This document shows positions 1 through 4,814 of a stretch of 4,814 nt of DNA, in pieces. The stretch lies in the IMG/VR virus record IMGVR_UViG_2695420744_000014; one strand, given 5' to 3'. Source of the DNA: a virus (Duplodnaviria > Heunggongvirae > Uroviricota > Caudoviricetes). The notes beneath the pieces were generated by a model. It had not been told where the DNA came from and did not search any database. It worked only from the letters and a program-made list of their open reading frames with translations. Every line of letters begins with the position of its first letter. Positions within the stretch are counted from its first letter, which is position 1. The position numbers and the translations under genes are program-made.

Positions 1-63
1 GGAAACGATGATCTGGCAGCCTGAGTTCACAGATAAAACACTCTCCAGGAAACCCGGGGCGGT

Positions 64-300
64 TCAGACCTCCCCGGTCAGCATATCCTGTGCTTCAGAT
101 TTTACTGGCCGCTCTTCGGTTACCCGGGATTCACCTTCGCCAGCCAGAAACCAGGTGTGACCAGTTTTATCAACGACGCCTTTTCTTTTGAGTTCCCACA
201 GCTCGTTGACAGCCTCTTCACGACTGATTCCAAGGCGAGCTGCCACCACATGTGAAGAGGCTTTTTTCAGTGCTTTCAGTGCGTCAGATACGGTTTCCAT
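64..300 (-). CDS. Small (78 aa) putative winged-helix/HTH DNA-binding protein, function unknown; last gene of the minus-strand replication operon in this window
   Basis: ATG at 300-298 preceded by SD GGAGGA (complement of 308-313) with 7-nt spacer; stop at 64-66. Sits 21 nt downstream of the DnaC-like gene stop. The stretch VAARLGISREEAVNELWELKRKGVV looks like a recognition helix plus wing. Family assignment not verified. Confidence 0.6.
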   Translation of the reverse strand: METVSDALKALKKASSHVVAARLGISREEAVNELWELKRKGVVDKTGHTWFLAGEGESRVTEERPVKSEAQDMLTGEV

Positions 301-321
301 TAAAATTTCCTCCGGACAAAA

Positions 322-1068
322 TTACTTCACAACCCTCATATTGCTGACATTTGGACGCCAGCTATCCCAGTTAAACGTCACCCATCGACCACCGTTCATG
401 GTCATGCGGTCCATAATCCTCTCACCAAGAAGCGTACTCATTGCGGCATGATTCAGGTTTGTTAACATCCCGACACTGCACAGTGATGCTGTCCGGCGAT
501 CAATTATCTGGTGCAATACCACCTGCTCGTTTTTCGTCTCCCGCTGAACGCCTATTTCATCCAGGACCAGCAAATCAACCCCGCAAAGCTCCTGTAAAAA
601 TTTTTCCCCGGATTTGCCGTTGTCGTAGCTGTCATGCAACACGCTCATGACGTCAGACACGGTGACGATAATCACGCTGCGCCCCTTCACCATCAGCCGG
701 TTGCCCATCGCCGCTGCAAGGTGATTTTTCCCGGTGCCGGTTTTACCGCTGAACACAAAATTCGTGCACCCGGTCATCAGTTCGTCAGCTATGGATTTGG
801 CCTGGCTCAGCGCGTATTTTTGCCCGTCGTTCTGCACCTGATAATTTGCAAACGAGCATTTGCTGTGCAGAGGCTGGATGCCCGAACGATTCAGGATTTT
901 TTCCACCCGCAACTGGCGATTCTGGCGGTTAATCTCCTCGCTGCGTTTTCGTCCTTCAGCAAGTTGCCATTCCCGCCACTCCTCCACCGTCCGGTACGGT
1001 GGAACCGACCCCTGTGGTGCAAGTCTGCGAATACGTTCAAGAACCCCAACTGCCGCAATGTTTTTCAT
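322..1068 (-). CDS. DnaC-like AAA+ replicative helicase loader (phage P-equivalent; IstB/DnaC family), 248 aa
   Basis: Full-length ORF; ATG at 1068-1066 lies 6 nt after the stop of the upstream O-like gene. Walker A-like GKTGTGKNHLAAA and Walker B-like LLVLDEIG are present. Strong recalled similarity to E. coli DnaC across the whole length (for example FANYQV, SQAKSIADE, FVFSGKTGTGKNHLAAA, TNLNHAAMSTLLGERIMDRM). Same size and position as Rac-prophage YdaV, but the symbol is left blank because identity was not checked. Confidence 0.9.
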   Translation of the reverse strand: MKNIAAVGVLERIRRLAPQGSVPPYRTVEEWREWQLAEGRKRSEEINRQNRQLRVEKILNRSGIQPLHSKCSFANYQVQNDGQKYALSQAKSIADELMTGCTNFVFSGKTGTGKNHLAAAMGNRLMVKGRSVIIVTVSDVMSVLHDSYDNGKSGEKFLQELCGVDLLVLDEIGVQRETKNEQVVLHQIIDRRTASLCSVGMLTNLNHAAMSTLLGERIMDRMTMNGGRWVTFNWDSWRPNVSNMRVVK

Positions 1069-1074
1069 GACACG

Positions 1075-2007
1075 TCACCCCCTGAATCCCGGCGGTATTT
1101 CAGTGTCCGGTTCAGAAATGTGATTCACGCAACGCTGCGCAGGCGAACGCCCTAGGCGGATAACCAGTTCATCCCATTTTTCCCGGAGTTTTGCCGGACT
1201 CATGATGTTTTTTACCCAGAACGAATCCCGCTGGAGACGCCCAAACATTTCACAAATTTGTCTGTGAGTTCTGCCATCCAGCATCCGCATTGTGCGAACG
1301 TCATTGGCCCATGCTGTCCAGTTGGGTTCTTTCGGTCTAGTGATCTCGCCATCATAGCTGGCCGCCTGCTCGTAAAGACTCACGATTCGTCCCCAGATCC
1401 ACTGTGCGCACACCAAATCTTCCTGACTTCCCCACTGGCGTTTTTTCGCACTGAACACAACCGCGTCAGGGTGTCGGGTTAAAAAATCCTGTTCAGCCGT
1501 CTGCGGGTCCGGTTGCGAAGCGTCCGGACAAGAAGATCTTTTATCTGACGGATCAGGTTTTAATACTGACGGATCGGGGTCAATCATCGCCCCCCTAATC
1601 GGCAGTTTTTTATCAACAGTTGATCCATCAAAATTTGACGGGTCAACCGTTGAGGGGTCATTTTTTGCCGGGCTAATTTTTCTTTTCGGTTTATATGACT
1701 CACGCGCCGCCGCCGCAGCTGCTTCGAGTTTTTCCACATTAAGCCGATAGATATTGCTTACATTACGCCCACCGACCTTACGCTCTTCCTTCGTCAGCCA
1801 GCCCTCTTTCGCCAGTTCTGCAATAGCCGATTTCACTGTGGATTCACTTCTTGCACCGATCTGACGCCGGATAGTTTCAATGGCAGGCCATGACACGCCC
1901 TCGTCATTGCTGTAGTCTGCAAGACGGGCCATAACCGCCACCCTGGATAAGATCATGCCGGTGAAGGCGCACCCTTCCCAGACAAGACCATGAAGCTTGC
2001 TGCTCAT
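1075..2007 (-). CDS. Phage replication initiation protein, lambda O-like architecture: N-terminal winged-helix DNA-binding domain, low-complexity linker, C-terminal domain possibly DnaT-like
   Basis: Long ORF directly upstream of and coupled to the DnaC-like gene. The preferred start is ATG at 2007-2005 (MSSKLHG...), preceded by a GGGGG run with a 4-nt spacer. The ORF track extends to a GTG at 2022, which is less likely. N-terminus has wHTH-like sequence (ETIRRQIGARSESTVKSAIAELAKEGWL); the middle is a poly-Ala and DP/PS-rich linker coinciding with DNA repeats; the C-terminal domain is W-rich. Domain names are inferred from recall. Confidence 0.8.
   Translation of the reverse strand: MSSKLHGLVWEGCAFTGMILSRVAVMARLADYSNDEGVSWPAIETIRRQIGARSESTVKSAIAELAKEGWLTKEERKVGGRNVSNIYRLNVEKLEAAAAAARESYKPKRKISPAKNDPSTVDPSNFDGSTVDKKLPIRGAMIDPDPSVLKPDPSDKRSSCPDASQPDPQTAEQDFLTRHPDAVVFSAKKRQWGSQEDLVCAQWIWGRIVSLYEQAASYDGEITRPKEPNWTAWANDVRTMRMLDGRTHRQICEMFGRLQRDSFWVKNIMSPAKLREKWDELVIRLGRSPAQRCVNHISEPDTEIPPGFRG
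1545..1700. repeat. Putative replication origin inside the O-like gene: iteron-like direct and palindromic repeats followed by an AT-rich tract
   Basis: Seen directly. CTGACGGATC(A/G)GG at 1545-1557 and 1566-1578, with related TGACGGGTCA at 1636-1645. Palindromes ATCAACAGTTGAT (1612-1624) and TCAACCGTTGA (1643-1653). GGGGTCA at 1576-1582 and 1654-1660. A T-rich stretch follows at 1658-1700. The repeats encode the DP/PS-rich linker of the initiator, as for ori-lambda inside gene O. Confidence 0.5.
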
Positions 2008-2029
2008 AAAACCCCCGAACACCGTGCTT

Positions 2030-2455
2030 TTAGTGCATCACCACAGCATTCCCTGCCGGGCCGCCGCGATTCATCTGGTCATACAAAACAACCGCTGACG
2101 CAACAAAATCATCGACATCCTTCACCAGCCGATCCCTCCGTTCGACGATCTCACGGTAATATTCAGAACTGTGGCTGCGCATACGGGCCACCAGCAAAGG
2201 CGGCATCGCCTTTTCGATCGCCGGTAACAGAGCCTGCATTTTTTCAACAGCATCAGGGGTGTCTTTATCCAGCCAACGGAAAATTTTCTGGGTATTACGG
2301 GCCAGGGCTTCCGGATGGCTGTCGTCGTACAGTTCAGGGAACGTCATCCCCAGTTCGAAATAAGTCCGGGCTATTTCAGCTGCAGGAACTTTCTCACCAT
2401 CAGGGTATGCCCAGGCATTCATCGCCATGCGGATGTGCTCATGTTTGATTTTCAT
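2030..2455 (-). CDS. ydaT: YdaT-family protein (CII-like HTH regulator; reported as toxic when derepressed), 141 aa
   Basis: ATG at 2455-2453, stop TAA at 2032-2030. Its start overlaps the last 17 nt of the upstream Cro-like gene in another frame (translational coupling). Sequence recalled as the YdaT family of Rac / CP-933P prophages. It occupies the cII position between cro-like and O-like genes. Confidence 0.85.
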   Translation of the reverse strand: MKIKHEHIRMAMNAWAYPDGEKVPAAEIARTYFELGMTFPELYDDSHPEALARNTQKIFRWLDKDTPDAVEKMQALLPAIEKAMPPLLVARMRSHSSEYYREIVERRDRLVKDVDDFVASAVVLYDQMNRGGPAGNAVVMH

Positions 2456-2762
2456 GAATCATTTGCCTCTTGATGCTTCGGGTATGATCGTTTTCGTCAT
2501 TTGGTTGCTTCATCGACATATTCTGCGAATAACATGACGAGCGTCGTAAGTATGTCCAATCAACATCAGGACGAAGTTCTTCACACAGGACACCACCTTT
2601 TGTTGCTCGTTCAATCGCAGGACATCTCTCAGCAGGTAACTGACGTACACCTTTGATCCATTGATTTACGCTTGGAGGAGATACACCTAAAAGCCTAGCC
2701 ATTGCTGATTGCCCACCGACAACAGCACAAGCTCGTTTGAATGAATAGTTATCTTTTTTCAT
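2439..2762 (-). CDS. ydaS: YdaS-family Cro-like HTH protein (XRE-type), about 107 aa
   Basis: Preferred start ATG at 2762-2760 (MKKDNYSF...) with SD GGAG (complement of 2771-2774) about 8 nt upstream. The ORF track extends to 2783, but that start would sit inside the predicted promoter. HTH-like segment ACAVVGGQSAMARLLGVSPPSVNQWIKG. First gene downstream of the pR-like promoter, divergent from the repressor. Confidence 0.8.
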   Translation of the reverse strand: MKKDNYSFKRACAVVGGQSAMARLLGVSPPSVNQWIKGVRQLPAERCPAIERATKGGVLCEELRPDVDWTYLRRSSCYSQNMSMKQPNDENDHTRSIKRQMIHENQT

Positions 2763-2789
2763 CGAATGAACTCCAAAAAACACGCAACA

Positions 2790-2819
2790 ATATTAGGCTT
2801 AGCCTAATGAAATTGTCAA
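2790..2819 (-). promoter_or_regulatory. pR-like sigma70 promoter for the ydaS-ydaT-replication operon
   Basis: On the minus strand: -35 TTGACA (complement of 2814-2819), 18-nt spacer, -10 TAATAT (complement of 2790-2795). Predicted start near 2783, about 20 nt before the ydaS ATG. Both hexamers overlap operator palindromes. Confidence 0.55.
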
Positions 2820-2859
2820 TAGGCTATGCCTAATACATCGAGAGTAGGGATTGCCTAAC
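2792..2859. promoter_or_regulatory. Right operator region: three 17-bp palindromic repressor-binding sites between racR and ydaS
   Basis: Site 1 ATTAGGCTTAGCCTAAT (2792-2808, perfect palindrome); site 2 AATAGGCTATGCCTAAT (2818-2834); site 3 AGTAGGGATTGCCTAAC (2843-2859, degenerate). Centre-to-centre spacing is 26 and 25 bp, like lambda OR1-OR2-OR3. Binding by the adjacent repressor is inferred. Confidence 0.55.
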
Positions 2860-2886
2860 GCGATGCGCATAGGAGACTATTAAGCA

Positions 2887-3363
2887 ATGCTTAGTGGTAA
2901 AGACTTAGGCCGAGCGATAGAGCAGGCCATTAACAAAAAAATTGCATCAGGAGCCGTCAAATCAAAGGCGGAAATCGCACGTCATTTCAAAGTCCAACCA
3001 CCATCAATCCATGACTGGATTAAGAAAGGTTCGATAAGTAAAGACAAACTTCCAGAACTATGGCGTTTCTTTTCTGATGTGGTTGGTCCAGAGCATTGGG
3101 GGCTTAACGAATACCCCATACCAACCCCATCCACTTCAGATACAAAAAGTGAACTTTTAGACATAAACAGCCTTTATCAAGCCGCCTCTGATGAAAAAAA
3201 AGCAATTGTGGCTTTCATCTTATCTGGAAATGCTACGGAGCCTAGTTGGGTTGATTATGACGTTCGCGCCTACATTGCCGCAATGGAAATGAAGGTAGCT
3301 AACTATCTGAAAAATCAAGAATCAAAACGGAAAAGCCAGAACATCACCAAGACAGGAACTTAA
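2887..3363 (+). CDS. racR: RacR-like prophage repressor (N-terminal XRE/cI-type HTH, no S24 peptidase domain), 158 aa
   Basis: ATG at 2887 with AGGAG at 2871-2875 (spacer about 11 nt, slightly long); stop TAA at 3361-3363. Divergent from the Cro-like gene and flanked on both sides by the operator palindromes. HTH-like N-terminus (GKDLGRAIEQAINKK...KAEIARHFKVQPPSIHDWIKKG). Length and context match Rac-prophage RacR; identity is from recall. Confidence 0.8.
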   Translation: MLSGKDLGRAIEQAINKKIASGAVKSKAEIARHFKVQPPSIHDWIKKGSISKDKLPELWRFFSDVVGPEHWGLNEYPIPTPSTSDTKSELLDINSLYQAASDEKKAIVAFILSGNATEPSWVDYDVRAYIAAMEMKVANYLKNQESKRKSQNITKTGT

Positions 3364-3437
3364 ACTTATATGGTCCGACGGGAAATTCCTAGTTCCCGTT
3401 AGTTAACTCCTACTACCTCTCCCACAAACCATCACCT

Positions 3438-3500
3438 ATTAGGTTGCGCCCAAATTATTAGGCATAGCCTATTGACAAGTAATTAGGCATTTCCTATAGT
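3438..3500 (+). promoter_or_regulatory. pL-like sigma70 promoter with left operator sites, driving plus-strand genes downstream of racR
   Basis: -35 TTGACA at 3472-3477, 17-nt spacer, -10 TATAGT at 3495-3500. Operator-like palindromes ATTAGGCATAGCCTATT (3457-3473) and ATTAGGCATTTCCTATA (3482-3498) overlap the -35 and the spacer/-10; a degenerate third site lies at 3438-3454. The 23-mer TATTAGGCATAGCCTATTGACAA (3456-3478) is an exact inverted copy of 2813-2835. Confidence 0.55.
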
Positions 3501-3681
3501 TTTCCCATACCAACCCATCCCGTCCCACACAATACAGGGCAATACCTCGAGTTACCAGGCAGTGGTCAGGGGTTAAGTAGCCAGCCCGAGGCGTAAGAAC
3601 ATGACGGCAGGGTTCAACTTTAATAACTATGCAGCAGGTTTTTGTTCCGCTACCCCGGCGTTAAGGGGAAATGAGGTCAGC

Positions 3682-3834
3682 ATGGATACTATCGAGCTTG
3701 GCAACAACGAATCTCTGGTATGCGGCGTGTTTCCCAACCAGGACGGCACGTTTACCGCGATGACATATACCAGAAGCAAAACGTTTAAAACTGAAGCTGG
3801 CGCGCGTCGCTGGTTAACCAGAAACACTGACTGA
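3682..3834 (+). CDS. Small early-left protein (50 aa), YdaF-like / DUF1391-like by recall
   Basis: ATG at 3682 with SD GAGG at 3673-3676 (5-nt spacer); stop TGA at 3832-3834. The ORF track starts at ATG 3601 (77 aa), but that start has no convincing SD. Family assignment is tentative. Confidence 0.5.
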   Translation: MDTIELGNNESLVCGVFPNQDGTFTAMTYTRSKTFKTEAGARRWLTRNTD

Positions 3835-3845
3835 TGAGGTTGACG

Positions 3846-4166
3846 ATGGAATTTAAAGATTTACCAGTACCATTCCAGGAAATGGCATCGAATGTGGTTC
3901 GCTCTCAACTGGCGACTCTTGACCTGAGTACCGTAGAAAAAGAAACCATCGACAATATATCCGGTAACGTACGCCGAGCCTTTATCGGGCTGTACGAAGA
4001 GAAGCAGCTCTCTGATAACCAGGATTTACATGAAAAATACTTCCTGGATCTAATGGACATCATTGATAAGGGGTTTGGCTTGTTAATGAAAAAGAAAGGG
4101 ATTCGAATAGAACCCCTTGAAAATTACTTTGCAACAAAAAGCATTAATTCTTTTGATTCAAAATAA
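3846..4166 (+). CDS. Hypothetical protein (106 aa from ATG 3846), charged and probably helical, function unknown
   Basis: ATG at 3846 with SD GAGG at 3836-3839 (6-nt spacer). An alternative ATG at 3834 overlaps the upstream stop (TGATG). Stop TAA at 4164-4166. GC content falls toward the 3' end. I recognise no family. Confidence 0.5.
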   Translation: MEFKDLPVPFQEMASNVVRSQLATLDLSTVEKETIDNISGNVRRAFIGLYEEKQLSDNQDLHEKYFLDLMDIIDKGFGLLMKKKGIRIEPLENYFATKSINSFDSK

Positions 4167-4419
4167 GAGAATTAATTACAGACTTAACATGCTCTTTCTC
4201 ATGATTGAAGCTCTCATGATTGAAAGTGCCGGGTTGAAGCGAGTCGATATAATCAACAAGACTCTGTCGTACGACTTCATTTTTATCCATAACAGATGCA
4301 AGAAATGAAATTGCTAAAAGAGTTATATCACTACGCGCCGCAGCATGTTGCAATGCTTTATCAAAATTATTAATCTGGCGTATCAGGGAGTTAATGATTT
4401 CATCATTTTCAGTCGACAT
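4144..4419 (-). CDS. Hypothetical protein (91 aa), AT-rich, function unknown; convergent with and overlapping the 106-aa gene by 23 bp
   Basis: ATG at 4419-4417 with a strong SD AGGAGG (complement of 4425-4430) and 5-nt spacer; stop TGA at 4143-4141 (coordinates follow the ORF track's 3' boundary). The track ORF extends to 4752 from a TTG start; that extension is rich in rare Arg codons (CGG, CGA, AGG) and unlike the rest, so I treat it as non-coding. Contains a 15-bp in-frame tandem duplication. Confidence 0.5.
   Translation of the reverse strand: MSTENDEIINSLIRQINNFDKALQHAAARSDITLLAISFLASVMDKNEVVRQSLVDYIDSLQPGTFNHESFNHEKEHVKSVINSLILNQKN
4197..4226. repeat. Two-copy 15-bp tandem direct repeat (TCTCATGATTGAAGC / TCTCATGATTGAAAG) inside the 91-aa gene
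   Basis: Seen directly; 13 of 15 positions identical. In the minus-strand frame it encodes the duplicated peptide FNHES/FNHEK. Confidence 0.7.
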
Positions 4420-4439
4420 TTCACCCTCCTGAGGGTTGG

Positions 4440-4814
4440 TGATTAAGGAGTTCTCCACGGGTGAGGTGGAGTGCGTGCGCCGGACACGGGTGAGCATCCG
4501 GCACTGACAGTTTACTGAAAGGATATTTCCCTGAAAAGTCAGACCATAACGCGAAAGCGCCCGGCGAGGTAGCTGGTTCATAGATAGCCTGTCGTTAAAT
4601 TTTCGTCGACCGTGCGTTTCCGGTTGTGGCAATCCGCGAAATGGCGCGGCGGTAAGTATGGCGGGGTTATTCCTTCCCCGTTGAGGACACCGAGTTGTCA
4701 GGTTGACCATACGCTTAAGTGACAACCCCGCTGCAACGCCCTCTGTTATCAATTTTCTGGTGACGTTTGGCGGTATCAGTTTTACTCCGTGACTGCTCTG
4801 CCGCCCTTTTTAAA
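4440..4814. other. Structured, GC-richer, apparently non-coding block upstream of the 91-aa gene; possible long 5' leader, ncRNA or REP-like element
   Basis: No credible ORF on either strand. Hairpins read directly: CTCCAC/GTGGAG (4453-4471); GCCGGA/TCCGGC (about 4475-4504); CCGCG/CGCGG (4634-4649); CGGGG/CCCCG (4662-4680); GTTGTCA/TGACAAC (4694-4726). No sigma70 promoter for the 91-aa gene was found inside it. Confidence 0.3.

Noticed and set aside
1-63. Start of a further minus-strand gene at the window edge
   Set aside because: Only weak candidate starts (GTG at 30-28 with a poorly spaced SD) and too little sequence to judge.
634-1155. Plus-strand ORF of 173 aa, with nested ORFs 860-1123, 441-650 and 188-451
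   Set aside because: Entirely antisense to the well-supported DnaC-like gene and its neighbours. No RBS, atypical amino-acid composition (rich in H, R, P, C). Long antisense frames are common opposite real genes.
2008-2022. GTG at 2022 as the O-like gene start
   Set aside because: The ATG at 2007 has a G-rich SD at suitable spacing; the GTG does not. Low impact either way.
1990-2448. Plus-strand ORF of 152 aa, and plus-strand ORF 1258-1482
   Set aside because: Antisense to the YdaT-like and O-like genes, with no start context and low-complexity Pro/Ser/His-rich translation. Shadow ORFs.
2763-2783. Upstream ATG at 2783 as the ydaS start
   Set aside because: It would place the start codon inside the predicted promoter and operator site. 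The ATG at 2762 has a properly spaced GGAG.
2982-3164. Minus-strand ORF of 60 aa inside racR, and minus-strand ORF 3627-3827 inside the YdaF-like region
   Set aside because: Fully nested antisense to better-supported genes, with no RBS.
3501-3600. N-type antitermination site (boxA/boxB) in the left leader
   Set aside because: No boxA-like CGCTCTTA motif and no clean boxB hairpin. The CCTCG...CGAGG pairing (about 3546-3591) is weak.
3601-3681. ATG at 3601 as the start of the YdaF-like ORF (77 aa)
   Set aside because: No convincing SD. The downstream ATG at 3682 has GAGG at ideal spacing and gives the size expected for this small-protein family. The longer form remains possible.
4117-4308. 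Plus-strand ORF of 63 aa
   Set aside because: Starts with TTG and has no SD. It overlaps both the 106-aa gene end and the minus-strand 91-aa gene, which has a far stronger RBS. The translation is AT-rich low complexity.
4420-4752. N-terminal extension that would make the minus-strand ORF 202 aa
   Set aside because: Begins with TTG, is full of rare Arg codons, and switches composition abruptly. The internal ATG at 4419 has a near-perfect AGGAGG SD. Kept as a non-coding structured region, though a pseudogene remnant cannot be excluded.
4440-4814. Retron-like msr/msd ncRNA
   Set aside because: Considered because of the dense hairpins, but there is no reverse transcriptase gene in the window and I found no flanking a1/a2 inverted repeats. 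The only way it could hold is if an RT gene begins beyond 4814 on the plus strand, which cannot be checked here.
1-4814. tRNA, rRNA, CRISPR array, integrase or att site, insertion sequence
   Set aside because: Scanned for tRNA-like cloverleaf signatures, regularly spaced direct repeats and terminal inverted repeats. None found.

Overview
This window reads as the immunity and early-replication core of a lambdoid (Rac / CP-933P-type) enterobacterial prophage. Minus-strand early-right operon (2762 down to 64): Cro-like YdaS, CII-like YdaT, an O-like replication initiator with iteron-like repeats and an AT-rich tract inside its linker, a DnaC-like helicase loader, and a small winged-helix protein. 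Divergent from it on the plus strand is a RacR-like HTH repressor (2887-3363). Both sides of racR carry 17-bp palindromic operators (consensus about ATTAGGC-N3-GCCTAAT) overlapping outward-facing near-consensus sigma70 promoters, and an exact 23-bp inverted repeat links the two. The plus-strand left promoter leads into a YdaF-like small ORF and a 106-aa ORF of unknown function, which converges on and overlaps an AT-rich 91-aa minus-strand ORF with a strong RBS. The last ~375 bp (4440-4814) is GC-richer, hairpin-dense and apparently non-coding. No tRNA, rRNA, CRISPR array, integrase or att site was seen. All homology statements are from recall and by-eye motif reading, not from searches. The least explained parts, and the best candidates for anything new, are the pL-proximal convergent gene pair and the structured non-coding block at the 3' edge.
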